Source of the DNA: a virus
Taxonomy: Duplodnaviria > Caudoviricetes
Virus record (IMG/VR): IMGVR_UViG_3300017763_003980
DNA: 64,000 nucleotides
Strand: one strand, 5' to 3'
The notes under the pieces: model-generated
The model's input: the letters and a program-made list of their open reading frames with translations, nothing else
Database searches by the model: none
What the model was told of the DNA's origin: nothing
Part shown: one piece after another, positions 1 to 10,675 of the stretch
Layout: the number at the start of each line of letters is the position of its first letter
Numbering within the stretch: position 1 is the stretch's first letter
Position numbers and translations under genes: made by a program

Positions 1-2
1 CC

Positions 3-47
3 GTATCTGTACCCCAACCAACTTCTTCAACTGTATCTGGTTTATAA
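3..47 (+). CDS. 3' end of upstream gene (partial, ...VSVPQPTSSTVSGL*)
   Basis: Open frame from the window edge to TAA at 45-47, directly before a promoter. Confidence 0.4.
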   Translation, partial: VSVPQPTSSTVSGL

Positions 48-48
48 C

Positions 49-76
49 TTGACTTTTTAACATTCTATGCTATAAT
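49..76 (+). promoter_or_regulatory. sigma70-type promoter
   Basis: TTGACT(49-54)-N16-TATAAT(71-76) with TGn extended -10; upstream of ORF 145 (AGGAG RBS). Confidence 0.75.
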
Positions 77-144
77 TATAGTGTCAGACCTTGCCTAGTA
101 AAGTAGGCAAGAATAATATATACTATTACTTATAGGAGTATGGA

Positions 145-498
145 ATGGACGAAAAATTATCAAAAGCATTAGATTATTCTAATTATATGGTCACACTTAA
201 TAATCAAAAAAGATTATTAGAAGAAAAGTATCAACAAGATCTATTGCATTTTTATAATGGATGTCAGTTTACAGCATCAAAAGAATTAATTAATTTTGTA
301 AAACTTCTCCTTGATAATCATCAAAATGATATTGCAGTACTCACTGATGATAACGGCATACCTACCATTGTAGAAGATGTTGATAAGTTTTATAATGAAA
401 TTTTGCAAGTTTATTTTTCAGCATCTAACTCTTATCATACAGAATATATAAAATTAAAAAAGCAGAGAAGTGTAGAAAAATTAATTGAACATGAATAA
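145..498 (+). CDS. hypothetical protein
   Basis: 117 aa ORF with RBS; overlaps the next gene in operon fashion. Confidence 0.8.
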   Translation: MDEKLSKALDYSNYMVTLNNQKRLLEEKYQQDLLHFYNGCQFTASKELINFVKLLLDNHQNDIAVLTDDNGIPTIVEDVDKFYNEILQVYFSASNSYHTEYIKLKKQRSVEKLIEHE

Positions 499-1348
499 AA
501 CTAAAGGTGTATTTTTAATTGCAAGAAATAATTCTCAAGTTGACTATGTAAAACAAGCAGTTTTTCTTGCAAAAAGAATTCGAAAATATCTAGATTTACC
601 TACTACTATATTAACAGATGGAGTAGATTACTTAAAAGAAAATTATGACGAACGTGTGTTCGACAGAATTATTCCACTTGATTATTCTTCAGAAAAAAAC
701 GAAAAATTATATTTCGACGGAGCATTATATCAAAAGTTGGCAACTTTTAATAATAGACATAGATGTCAAGTATATGATTTAACACCATACGACGAAACAT
801 TACTATTAGATACAGATTATATTATATCTAATAGCATGCTAGCATCATGTTTTGATTCAAATGATGACTTTTTAATTTATAAAGATTCTATTGATATAGC
901 ACAAGTGCGTAATGAGCAAGAGTTTAAATATATTAGTGATACAGGTGTACCATTTTATTGGGCTACATGCGTGTTTTTTAGGAAAACAGAAGTAAATAAA
1001 ATCTATTTTGATCTTTTGCAACATATAGAAGAAGAATGGCAACACTACAGAAGAGTTTATCAAATTACTTCCCCTCTTTTTAGAAACGATTTTGCATTTA
1101 GTATTGGAATACATATTATGAATGGGTTTTGCCGAGGAAGTTTTGCAAAACAACTTCCTGGTAAAATGATGTATACTACTGATCAAGATATATTATGGGA
1201 TCTTGACGAAGAAAAAATGACTTTTTTAGTTGAGAAAAAAGACTATAAAGGAGAATACACTGCACTACGCACTAATGGACAAAATATTCATGTAATGAAC
1301 AAGTTTAGCTTAGGTAGAATAATAGATAAGGTATCTGCAAATGAGTAA
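485..1348 (+). CDS. GT-A fold glycosyltransferase-like protein (GT8-like)
   Basis: TLLLDTDYII DxD motif, YFDG..NxxR, RNDFAFS; paralog of the next gene. Confidence 0.65.
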   Translation: MNMNKTKGVFLIARNNSQVDYVKQAVFLAKRIRKYLDLPTTILTDGVDYLKENYDERVFDRIIPLDYSSEKNEKLYFDGALYQKLATFNNRHRCQVYDLTPYDETLLLDTDYIISNSMLASCFDSNDDFLIYKDSIDIAQVRNEQEFKYISDTGVPFYWATCVFFRKTEVNKIYFDLLQHIEEEWQHYRRVYQITSPLFRNDFAFSIGIHIMNGFCRGSFAKQLPGKMMYTTDQDILWDLDEEKMTFLVEKKDYKGEYTALRTNGQNIHVMNKFSLGRIIDKVSANE

Positions 1349-2180
1349 TGGTATACTAGTACTAGCACAAAATAACGAAACAGTTAATTATGTAGAACAA
1401 GCTCAATTATTAGCTATGAGTCTAAGCCATACAAATCCATCTATAAAAATAAGTTTAGTAACTAATGATGATGTAGAATTTAAAAATTTGTTTGACAATA
1501 TTATTCCAATACCGTGGAAGGATGATGCATATTCAACAGATTGGAAGATAGAAAATAGATGGAAATTATATTATGCTAGTCCTTACAATAAAACAATTGT
1601 TATGGACACAGATATGATAGTGTTACAAGACATATCAGAGTGGTGGAAATTTTTAAACAATTATAAATTATTTTTTACTAATAAAGTTTATACATATAGA
1701 GGCGAAATAGCAAAAACAACCCATTATAGAAAAGTGTTTGAAGCAAACAAGCTGCCAAATCTTTATACAGGCTTTCATTACTTTGAAAAATCCGAAGAAG
1801 CTCAAGAGTTTTATCATTGGTTAGAACTAGTAGTTCAAAACTGGCAAGCATTTTATGAAGTGTTCTTAGAAGGTGTTACAAGACCTAAACATATGAGTAT
1901 AGATGTTTGTGCTTCAATTGTAGCTTTAATATTATATTGTTCTTCGGATATTACAAATGATCATGCAAACTTTCCTAGCTTTACTCATATGAAAAAGGAT
2001 TGTCAGGGCTGGGTTGACGGATCTAGCAATTGGCAGGACAGAGTAGGATTTTATATTTCTAAAGACTGTAGAATTAAAATAGGAAATTATGTTCAGTCAG
2101 GAATTTTACATTATACAGAAAAAGACTTTTTAGAGAAAAGTCCTGTAATTGAACGCTATAGGAATTTATTAAATGTCTGA
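1341..2180 (+). CDS. GT-A fold glycosyltransferase-like protein (GT8-like)
   Basis: TIVMDTDMIV DxD motif, SPYNKT, C-terminal ILHY; paralog of 485..1348. Confidence 0.65.
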   Translation: MSNGILVLAQNNETVNYVEQAQLLAMSLSHTNPSIKISLVTNDDVEFKNLFDNIIPIPWKDDAYSTDWKIENRWKLYYASPYNKTIVMDTDMIVLQDISEWWKFLNNYKLFFTNKVYTYRGEIAKTTHYRKVFEANKLPNLYTGFHYFEKSEEAQEFYHWLELVVQNWQAFYEVFLEGVTRPKHMSIDVCASIVALILYCSSDITNDHANFPSFTHMKKDCQGWVDGSSNWQDRVGFYISKDCRIKIGNYVQSGILHYTEKDFLEKSPVIERYRNLLNV

Positions 2181-3528
2181 TTTGATTGATTTTATAAAAG
2201 AGTTAAAAACAGAAGTTGAACAAAATGATAGTACTTATGTTTACTATGAAAAAGAAAATGGAAACATTGTGTCAATTAGTAGTTCTTTTGACGAAAGTTT
2301 ATTAGACGGCCAAGAAGTAATAAAAGTATCTCAAGAACAAGCATTACCGTTATTAGTTGGTGATAAAAAGACTTCTGATTATGTTGTAATTTATGATATT
2401 GCACAAAAGCAAAAAGTATTAAAAGAAAAAAATTATCAAGATCTTAACAAAGAAGCCGGTGATATGTGTCACAAGCTTCCTTATGTTAGGAAAAATAATT
2501 CTGGACATGTATCTTGTGAAGAGATATACGAAGGAATGGATGTGTTCTTTTGGCAAAAAGCTTTGTCTTATAAAAAGGATGATATAGTTTGGTATAAAAA
2601 CAATGTTTATAAGATACTTGAATCAAATTATAAAGGTAGGGGATTCAGTTTAAAAAAATCTCAACTCATAGTACCTGATGTATATATAACAGATATTCCT
2701 ACGCAAGAACTATCAATTACAAAATTTGTTCACCGCAAAGAATATTTGGGAATACACATAGATGTATGGTACGATTCTTTAGATCATCTAAAAGGACAGC
2801 ATGTATGGTTCGAAAATAATGTTTATAAAATGATCAATGACCAATCATCACACACATGTTTTGATCCTAAAAATGCTGAATTAGTTATAAGAGGCGTTAT
2901 TTTATACAACGACGAAAACCCAGACTTAGATTTTAATCTTGTATTAGGTGATGGAGATCTATTTTTAGATAATAATCAAATCTATAGTGCTAAATTGGAA
3001 ACTGTATCATATTCAAAACAAGCAAATATTTCTGCCAAAGATGTACTTTTTAAAGGAGATAAAAACAATCTTCTATTATGGAGACATCAAACAAAAACTA
3101 CTATGCTAGTTGATAGTACCAAACATACAAAGTCAATGTCAAAAGGAAATGAATTAGAATTGTATGATTCACTTGATCTTAAAAATGGAGAAAAAATATT
3201 ATTAGGTAGTAGACTTTATAGTATAGGATCTAATAAAGATTATGATATAATCATTACACAAAATCTTCCAGAAAAGCATTGGATATTAAGTTTAAATCCT
3301 TCTACATTGAAATTTTTCCAACTATCTAATTATGGACAAGATGATATGCTGTACTTTAGTATTACTTCAAAGCATGATCCTAATATCTTATATAGATCAT
3401 TACAAATACCTTTATCTAAATTAAGACAAAAAGTAATTTTACCTATGGTTCATGACGACGAATTAGAAGATCTAAGTATCTTTACTACAAAGTACTTTAC
3501 AGCATATGGACACGAGGTGGTTACATGA
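2173..3528 (+). CDS. hypothetical protein with two CBM5/12-like repeats
   Basis: WQKALSYKKDDIVWYKNNVYK (2551-2613) and WYDSLDHLKGQHVWFENNVYK (2767-2829). Confidence 0.5.
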   Translation: MSDLIDFIKELKTEVEQNDSTYVYYEKENGNIVSISSSFDESLLDGQEVIKVSQEQALPLLVGDKKTSDYVVIYDIAQKQKVLKEKNYQDLNKEAGDMCHKLPYVRKNNSGHVSCEEIYEGMDVFFWQKALSYKKDDIVWYKNNVYKILESNYKGRGFSLKKSQLIVPDVYITDIPTQELSITKFVHRKEYLGIHIDVWYDSLDHLKGQHVWFENNVYKMINDQSSHTCFDPKNAELVIRGVILYNDENPDLDFNLVLGDGDLFLDNNQIYSAKLETVSYSKQANISAKDVLFKGDKNNLLLWRHQTKTTMLVDSTKHTKSMSKGNELELYDSLDLKNGEKILLGSRLYSIGSNKDYDIIITQNLPEKHWILSLNPSTLKFFQLSNYGQDDMLYFSITSKHDPNILYRSLQIPLSKLRQKVILPMVHDDELEDLSIFTTKYFTAYGHEVVT

Positions 3529-4448
3529 GTAAAACATTTAAAGTAACTGACTATGATATCATTTATCTAAGTTATGATGAGCCAAACGCAGAAAAAAATT
3601 ATGCAGACTTATGTTCAAAAGTTCCTTGGGCTAAAAGAGTGCATGGTGTTGAAGGTTCAGATGCTGCACACAAAGCGTGTGCAGAATTGAGTGAAACAGA
3701 TAGGTTTATCACAGTCGATGGTGACAACATTGTTAATCAAGAATTTTTAAATCAAGAAATTGATTTTGATGAACACGAGGATTTACAACACAGTGTAATT
3801 AGTTGGGCAGGATACAACATTGTTAATGGACTTATGTACGGAAACGGCGGGCTTAAATGTTGGCCTAAAAAGTTTGTGCTAGAAATGAAAACACATGAAA
3901 ATGCCGAACCAGATAATGCACATGCTCAAGTTGATTTTTGTTGGGATATTAATTATATTCAAATGAATAGTTGTTTTAGTTATGTATATAATAATTATAC
4001 TCCACAGCAAGCATGGAGAGCAGGCTTCCGTGAAGGTGTAAAAATGGCACTTGATAGAGGAGTTCGTGTATCAAAAGAAGAGTTTGCACAATTACATTGG
4101 AAAAATTTACATAGATTGTATGTTTGGCTAACAGTAGGAGCAGACACTGAAAACGGATTATGGGCTATATATGGTGCAAGAGAAGGTTTGTATAAAACCA
4201 TGGCAACAGATTGGGACTTTGTAAATGTTCGTGACTTTGAATATTTAAATAACTATTGGAGTGAAGTTGAACCAAAGGTGTCAATGGGAGGACTAGCAGA
4301 CTCTATTGAAGAGCTGGGCAAAAAGTTACTAAATGAACTTGATGTTCCAATTCCTGTAGTTCCATTTAGTCCTGAACAAAGTAAGTTTTTTAAAACAGTA
4401 TACCAGAATCCAGGACGTATGGAACACTTAGTAATAGATAGGGAATAA
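3525..4448 (+). CDS. GT-A fold (GT2-like) glycosyltransferase
   Basis: YDIIYLSYDEPNA, RVHGVEG, FITVDGDN (DxD), YGNGGLK; paralog of 13492..14166. Confidence 0.65.
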   Translation: MSKTFKVTDYDIIYLSYDEPNAEKNYADLCSKVPWAKRVHGVEGSDAAHKACAELSETDRFITVDGDNIVNQEFLNQEIDFDEHEDLQHSVISWAGYNIVNGLMYGNGGLKCWPKKFVLEMKTHENAEPDNAHAQVDFCWDINYIQMNSCFSYVYNNYTPQQAWRAGFREGVKMALDRGVRVSKEEFAQLHWKNLHRLYVWLTVGADTENGLWAIYGAREGLYKTMATDWDFVNVRDFEYLNNYWSEVEPKVSMGGLADSIEELGKKLLNELDVPIPVVPFSPEQSKFFKTVYQNPGRMEHLVIDRE

Positions 4449-4449
4449 A

Positions 4450-5676
4450 ATGAGAATACCATTAGCTTATAGAACTGACGATTATGATGTAGGATTTAAG
4501 TATTGTGTTGGCTGGCCTAAAAAATACCTAACAAGTGACTACTTTGTAAGGCAAGAATACGACTCAGGTATGTTTGGTTTATTTGGAGAACCGTTTGATG
4601 TAGTGTTTAAGGATAAGCTAGAAGGTCTTTCTGGGGTAAATGAAAAATACTGCTTTCCAATAATTGTGTCTTTGTCGCAAATATCAAACATTATGGAAGA
4701 ATTTACAATACCTAGAGATGTGTTATCTGATATTAGACAAAACAAATGTAAACTATTAATATTCAATAGTTACGAAGGTTGGTCTTGGGAGTTTTGGGAA
4801 AATAAAGTTATAAACATTCTTAGATCAAAGTATAATTTAGAATTTAATCATTTTGTAATTGTTTCTGCTAATTTGGCTGATACTAACAAATTACAAACTG
4901 TATATAATAACTTTTGGGAAAGACAAACCAAAATGGAAAATTTAGATTATGTAAATGGCATTGGTTCTATATCCATAGCATTAAGAAAGCAACGTAACAA
5001 TAAATTTATTTGTTTAAATAGGCGTCCACATGCAGGAAGGTTTGCAGCAATGACATTACTGCATCCTTATAAAGATCAAGGATATTTGTCGTTTGGAGTG
5101 AACGGTCAAATGTATGACGGCTATTTTGAAGAACAGGAAAGAATGTTTTCTTTAACGTACCCAGAAACAAATAAAATTTATCAAGAAAAGAGTATTAAAA
5201 AAACTCTTCCGTTAGTAATAGATGATGGTGTAAATGCAGAATTAGCAAACCCTGTGCATGATTGGTCTCATGATAAATTTTATGATTCTTTTTTACATAT
5301 TTGTCCGGAAACTTATCAATACTATAAAGAAGGCAGAGTATTCTTTAGTGAAAAAATATGGAAACCTATGATGTTTATGCAACCGTTTGTTCTTATTGGT
5401 GAGCCTAATGGACTAAAAAAATTAAATGAAATGGGATACAAGACATTTGATAAATGGATTGATGAAAGTTACGATACTATAGAAGACAATGAAACACGAA
5501 TATCTAAAGCTGTTGAATCGTCTATTAAGTTTTTTGACAGACCTAATGATCAATTATATAATGATATGGAAAACATGCATAATACCTTATCACATAATAT
5601 AGCCCATCTAACGTATAGAGCACAAATGTCAGACTCTAATCTCCGAAACGACTTAGAAAGGTGGTTATATGCTTAG
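4450..5676 (+). CDS. GT-B (GT10/exostosin-like) glycosyltransferase-like protein
   Basis: FICLNRRPHAGR and ICPET...FFSEKIWKPM...QPFVLIG...GYKTF...DESYD. Confidence 0.55.
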   Translation: MRIPLAYRTDDYDVGFKYCVGWPKKYLTSDYFVRQEYDSGMFGLFGEPFDVVFKDKLEGLSGVNEKYCFPIIVSLSQISNIMEEFTIPRDVLSDIRQNKCKLLIFNSYEGWSWEFWENKVINILRSKYNLEFNHFVIVSANLADTNKLQTVYNNFWERQTKMENLDYVNGIGSISIALRKQRNNKFICLNRRPHAGRFAAMTLLHPYKDQGYLSFGVNGQMYDGYFEEQERMFSLTYPETNKIYQEKSIKKTLPLVIDDGVNAELANPVHDWSHDKFYDSFLHICPETYQYYKEGRVFFSEKIWKPMMFMQPFVLIGEPNGLKKLNEMGYKTFDKWIDESYDTIEDNETRISKAVESSIKFFDRPNDQLYNDMENMHNTLSHNIAHLTYRAQMSDSNLRNDLERWLYA

Positions 5677-6370
5677 GACCCTATGGACATTCGGATGTAG
5701 CCATACATACGGCCATGGATTAGAAGATTGCATTACAGATGGTAATGGTGCTTCACCTAACCCGTCTCAACTAGGTTATGCAAGTATATTAGCAGAAAAG
5801 CTAAATGTGCCTTTAAAAAATATGTCTCGGCCAGGGATAGGAAACAAGCATATCTTTTTTAGGCTACAGCAAGAGATCTCTAAAAATAGAATTAGAAGTA
5901 ATGATATTGTACTCATACAATGGTCTTACGTTGAGAGAAATTGTATAATAAGGAGTATTGACACTCCTCCCCAACACCACTTTTTTAGCTCTGATAAAGA
6001 AGATGATGTATTAATGCTTGGACCGTGGATAAACCATAAGACTTCTAAAGTTCATTACAAATTTTTGTATAATGAAGCAGATGCTGTATGGCATACAGTA
6101 AATTATATAAATTTAGCACATGCAATTCTCAAAAGTAATGGTATAAATGATACATTACATATAGCTCCACCTTATGGAAATGTTGATCGTACTTTATTTG
6201 ACCTATTAGGAAAACAATATTTAATAGACGGTATACCTATGTGTAAACAAGGCATTACTGACATGGTTGTAGACAAAGCACTTGATAATAATCATCCTGG
6301 TCCAAAAACGCAACAAATCTTTGCCGATCACTTATTTGATAACCACTATCCAAATAAAATTTATAATTAA
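5669..6370 (+). CDS. SGNH/GDSL hydrolase-like protein
   Basis: N-terminal TFGCSHTYG and C-terminal DNNHPG (DxxH). Confidence 0.65.
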   Translation: MLRTLWTFGCSHTYGHGLEDCITDGNGASPNPSQLGYASILAEKLNVPLKNMSRPGIGNKHIFFRLQQEISKNRIRSNDIVLIQWSYVERNCIIRSIDTPPQHHFFSSDKEDDVLMLGPWINHKTSKVHYKFLYNEADAVWHTVNYINLAHAILKSNGINDTLHIAPPYGNVDRTLFDLLGKQYLIDGIPMCKQGITDMVVDKALDNNHPGPKTQQIFADHLFDNHYPNKIYN

Positions 6371-7810
6371 ATGAATAAAATTACTGAAATAGATCCTCAG
6401 ACAGCCGCAGAACAAGTTGTGCCTATGCTTGACGAAATTTCACCTACAATGTGTATGGCAAAATGGTTATGGAGCAGTATACATTTAACTAACGGACTTA
6501 CTAACAGTTGTTTTCTTCCGCCTTTACATAAGATTGATGCTGAAGCCGTAAAAAAGAATCCACGTGCATTGCACAACACACCAGAGAAAAAACAACAACG
6601 TGCTATGATGCTTAAAGGGGAGCAACCAGATGGTTGTAGTAGTTGTTGGAAAGTAGAAGCACAAGGAAAACAACTTAGTGATAGAGCATATCGTAGTTCA
6701 GAGCCATGGGCACAACAAGGATGGGAAGATGTAATAGACACGGGAGCAGATGGCGATATTGATCCTACATATTTAGAAGTAAACTTTAATCATGCATGTA
6801 ACCTAGCTTGTAGTTACTGTAGCCCCCATTTAAGTAGTAAGTGGGCAGAAGACATAAATGCTAATGGCCCTTATCCTACTAAAGTTCCGCATAATAGTAT
6901 TGACTATTTTAAAAGTATTGGCCATTATCCAATCCCCAATAGAGAAGAAAATCCATATGTAGAAGCATTTTGGAAATGGTGGCCTGATTTATATCCTAAA
7001 CTAAAGCATTTTAGAATGACTGGTGGCGAGCCGCTTATGGATAAAAATACATTTCGTGTGTTAGATTATGTTGTTGATAATGGACGTAAAGATCTTAACA
7101 TGAGTATAACTTCAAATGCCAGCGTTCCTGAAAAAAATTGGAATAGGTTTGTTGATACCGTAAGTTTTATTACAGAGTATGATAAATTAGAAAGTTTTAG
7201 ATTATTTGTTAGTGTCGACGGCTGGGGAGAACAAGCAGAATATATGCGTGATCCTTTAGATTTCGATTTATTGTGGCGTAACGTAAACAATTATTTGAAC
7301 AGAACCAAAGACGGGCTAGTAACCTTTATTGTAACATTAAATATGCTTAGTATGCCTAGCATAAAAAAACTAATGGAAGGGATATTAGAGTTACAACGTA
7401 TACACAACGTAACAAAAACTAGACGAGATGATAACGGTAAACTAATTTTTTACGGCATTCATAGAGTTTATGTAGATACGCCTGCACTACATTTTCCTGC
7501 ATGGCAAAGTTTAAAAGTACTACCAAAAGAGTTTTGGCACTATGGAGACGAATGTTTGGAATTTATGAAAGCTAATCCGGATAAAAATAGAGAAAGTAGA
7601 TGGGTAGGATTTAAACCGCATCAGATAGCTAGATTCTCTCGTAGTTTAGATTTTATGAAGCAAGGATTTTCATCAATAGAAGAAGAAGCAGAAGCACAAG
7701 AAAATTTTGTAAGATTTTTCGAAGCATATGATAAAAGACGGGGACTAGATTTTCATGCAACTTTTCCAGAACTAGGACCCTACTATAATAAATGGAAGGC
7801 AAGACTATGA
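6371..7810 (+). CDS. radical SAM protein with N-terminal twitch/SPASM-like Cys set
   Basis: CNLACSYC (CxxxCxxC), TGGEP; N-terminal C...C...CSSCW. Confidence 0.85.
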   Translation: MNKITEIDPQTAAEQVVPMLDEISPTMCMAKWLWSSIHLTNGLTNSCFLPPLHKIDAEAVKKNPRALHNTPEKKQQRAMMLKGEQPDGCSSCWKVEAQGKQLSDRAYRSSEPWAQQGWEDVIDTGADGDIDPTYLEVNFNHACNLACSYCSPHLSSKWAEDINANGPYPTKVPHNSIDYFKSIGHYPIPNREENPYVEAFWKWWPDLYPKLKHFRMTGGEPLMDKNTFRVLDYVVDNGRKDLNMSITSNASVPEKNWNRFVDTVSFITEYDKLESFRLFVSVDGWGEQAEYMRDPLDFDLLWRNVNNYLNRTKDGLVTFIVTLNMLSMPSIKKLMEGILELQRIHNVTKTRRDDNGKLIFYGIHRVYVDTPALHFPAWQSLKVLPKEFWHYGDECLEFMKANPDKNRESRWVGFKPHQIARFSRSLDFMKQGFSSIEEEAEAQENFVRFFEAYDKRRGLDFHATFPELGPYYNKWKARL

Positions 7811-9111
7811 GATATTCACATCACCATAACTTACATGATGCACATAATATTTTAAATCCTAATAATAGTGGATTATACAGTAACTATCCCCTAGGTCCTT
7901 CTTGGTTTCCATTAGTAGGAAAAACATCTATGCAACAAGGTTGGGACAAATACTTTGAACAAATGGAAAAAACTTTTTTTAAAGGTTATACAAATCCATA
8001 TGCTGTTTTTATGGGTGTAGGAAGTATAGAATATTTAGAATTAGCAAGCACTATTCTTGCTACAAAGCCAAAAAATAAGATTAATAAAAAAGGATTGAAA
8101 ATTTATCTATTAGAACCTCTTAGTACGTATAGAACTGATCAATCGAATAAAGAAGGAGTTAATTCTCATTATGTAGACTATGAAACTGATGATCTTGATT
8201 ATATAAGAGCAAGAGAATTAGACAGCATTGAAATTTTTATAGAACGTAATGACCTTAGAGATGTAAGTGTATACACACCTAATTTTAAAGTAAATGAATA
8301 TTTTGGTATGAAATATCCTACTATGCAATTATATTGTTCACCAGTAGGATGGGTATATCCAGCTACTATGGAAGCAAATCTAGAAATTCCAAAAAAACAA
8401 GATATAACTAAAAAGTTTTGGTGCGGAAATTGGAAATATGCTGCTCATAGACATTTGATAGCAAGTTATCTAGCAGGAAGATTCTCTCAAGATGATATTA
8501 ATCTAAGTTGGATATATAGTTCTAGTACTAGTATGCTACAAAATAATTTATGGTTTGATCTAAAAAAGTTGACAAAGTGGAAAGATCAAATTTTAGAAGG
8601 TACCCAAGTCTTAGATAGTATTACACCAAAAACAATGGGTATAAAAATGAAACGCCCATTAGATATTACAGAAAATTCACCTAATTTACATACAGGAACA
8701 AATCCTGTAGAATATTATAGAGAATCTTTTTGTGCTATAGTAAATGAAACTAGATTTGCAGAACCTACGGGATTTATTACAGAGAAAATTATGAATCCTA
8801 TGCTTAATTGTAAACCATTTATAATGGTTGGTCCACCTGGCAATTTAGAATATATGCGTAGATGGGGATTTCAAACATTTAGCGATTATTGGGACGAGAG
8901 TTATGACAAAGAAGAATGCCATTATAAAAGGATGGGGAAAATACTGGGACTTATCGATGAACTTGGATCTAAAAGTATAGAAGAATTACAGGAATTATAT
9001 GAGAGTATGTTGCCTGTGACTATGTTTAATCAAGTTCATATACTTGACTTGCAAGAAAAATTACTAGAAGAGCCTATTACTAAAAATATATTATTTAAGA
9101 GGCTAGGATGA
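7792..9111 (+). CDS. GT-B (GT10/exostosin-like) glycosyltransferase-like protein
   Basis: FWCGNWKYAAHR; IVNET...FITEKIMNPM...KPFIMVG...GFQTF...DESYD. Confidence 0.55.
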   Translation: MEGKTMRYSHHHNLHDAHNILNPNNSGLYSNYPLGPSWFPLVGKTSMQQGWDKYFEQMEKTFFKGYTNPYAVFMGVGSIEYLELASTILATKPKNKINKKGLKIYLLEPLSTYRTDQSNKEGVNSHYVDYETDDLDYIRARELDSIEIFIERNDLRDVSVYTPNFKVNEYFGMKYPTMQLYCSPVGWVYPATMEANLEIPKKQDITKKFWCGNWKYAAHRHLIASYLAGRFSQDDINLSWIYSSSTSMLQNNLWFDLKKLTKWKDQILEGTQVLDSITPKTMGIKMKRPLDITENSPNLHTGTNPVEYYRESFCAIVNETRFAEPTGFITEKIMNPMLNCKPFIMVGPPGNLEYMRRWGFQTFSDYWDESYDKEECHYKRMGKILGLIDELGSKSIEELQELYESMLPVTMFNQVHILDLQEKLLEEPITKNILFKRLG

Positions 9112-9704
9112 TTATAAAAAATGAAAAGCCATTAAAAATTATCGGGTATGCAGAAAGTACACTAACACAAGAAAGTTTATTCTATGGAAAAAACTTTGTA
9201 ATTGAAGATACTAGCTTAATGACCCCGCAAGAATTTAAGCAGTTAGATAATAAAGATGACTTCCAGTACTTTATAGGCTTTGCACTAGACTTAAAAGAAC
9301 GGGAGCAGACTATAGATCTATTAGATGAGTATGATAGTGACTGTGTTACATATGTACATGATAGTGCTATTGTGTTTGAAGGAGCAACAATTGGTAAAGG
9401 ATCATGTGTTGCAAACTTTAGTTCACTTATGGCAGGAGCAAAGGTAGGCAACCATTGTTTTATTGAAACATACTGTTTGGTAAGCCATGAAACAACAGTA
9501 GGTAATAATTGTATGCTACACAGTGGAACAATGCTTGCTGGTAAAACTACAGTAGGTAAAAATTGTATGTTTAATTTTAAAAGTGCTGCAATTAATAATA
9601 TTGAAATTTGTGATAATGTTACTCTTGGAGCATTTAGTAGTGCAACAAAAAGTATAACAAAAGAAGGCGTATATGTAGGCACGCCTGCAAGATTTTTGCG
9701 ATGA
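9108..9704 (+). CDS. hexapeptide-repeat sugar O/N-acetyltransferase (NeuD/PglD-like)
   Basis: Left-handed beta-helix repeats IGKGSC/VGNHCF/VGNNCM/VGKNCM, VSHE, YVGTPAR. Confidence 0.85.
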   Translation: MIIKNEKPLKIIGYAESTLTQESLFYGKNFVIEDTSLMTPQEFKQLDNKDDFQYFIGFALDLKEREQTIDLLDEYDSDCVTYVHDSAIVFEGATIGKGSCVANFSSLMAGAKVGNHCFIETYCLVSHETTVGNNCMLHSGTMLAGKTTVGKNCMFNFKSAAINNIEICDNVTLGAFSSATKSITKEGVYVGTPARFLR

Positions 9705-10675
9705 AGTATTTAAATATATGGAATGATATTGAACCAGCTGTAAGATGGAAAGGTGACGAAGGACTGATTGATTTTTTTATTGAAGAAAGTCAAAAAGAAC
9801 CTATTGCTTTAATGTGTGCCGAAGAAGCTAGTATGCATGCTGTTTCTTCTTTTTTCACTAAAGAAAAATTTTTGAAAGCCAAAGATGTTTATATGGTTCA
9901 AGGCGGCTATGATATAAATTATTATGACAGTATCTTAAAAGGGTTACCTAATTTACAATACGAAATTTGGCCTTTTTATTTTTTATATGAAAGTGTTTAT
10001 CATAATAATTCAGTAAGCAATACTTGTAATCCAGAAAAGTTATTTCTATGTATGAACTATAAGCCTAGGATACATAGGAAAAAAATATTAGATCAACTAG
10101 CAAGATTAAATTTGTTAGAATCTAATTATTTTACTTGGCATAATCCAGAAGAAAGCTATCATTACAAGCCTGATAGATTTGATGAAGATTATTATGAATG
10201 GAAACACTGGCAACCTAAACAAACTTATTTGCAAGGAACAACATGGGATCAATATGCACCTCCCGCTGAAATGGGCAAGTGCGTAATTGATGTTGTAACT
10301 GAATCTTTTTTACATTGTCCATTTACTACTGAAAAGACTTGGAACGCAATTATATCAAAAAAGCCATTTATAATTTTAGGTAAGCCGGGAATACACAAAT
10401 ACTTAGAGAGTATTGGATTTAAGTTGCCTAGTCAAATTAATTATTTGTTTGATAGCGTTGAAGATAATGATATGCGTATACAAATGATAGTTGATGAATT
10501 ATATAGATTATCAAAAATAGATTTACAGGAACTACATGAAAGTATGCAAGATGTAGTAGAGCACAATTATCAAAATGCATTAAATATTGTGAAGAATGAA
10601 AACCATACCCCTCATGTAAAAAAACATTATAATGAAGTTATAACTAGAGCAAAGAAGAAAGCTAATGAACTTTGA
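9701..10675 (+). CDS. GT-B (GT10/exostosin-like) glycosyltransferase-like protein
   Basis: FLCMNYKPRIHR; VVTES...FTTEKTWNAI..KKPFIILG. Confidence 0.55.
   Translation: MKYLNIWNDIEPAVRWKGDEGLIDFFIEESQKEPIALMCAEEASMHAVSSFFTKEKFLKAKDVYMVQGGYDINYYDSILKGLPNLQYEIWPFYFLYESVYHNNSVSNTCNPEKLFLCMNYKPRIHRKKILDQLARLNLLESNYFTWHNPEESYHYKPDRFDEDYYEWKHWQPKQTYLQGTTWDQYAPPAEMGKCVIDVVTESFLHCPFTTEKTWNAIISKKPFIILGKPGIHKYLESIGFKLPSQINYLFDSVEDNDMRIQMIVDELYRLSKIDLQELHESMQDVVEHNYQNALNIVKNENHTPHVKKHYNEVITRAKKKANEL

Noticed and set aside
90-111. Hairpin CTTGCCTA-N6-TAGGCAAG as a terminator
   Set aside because: No U-tract on either side, and it lies just downstream of a promoter; at most a 5'-UTR structure
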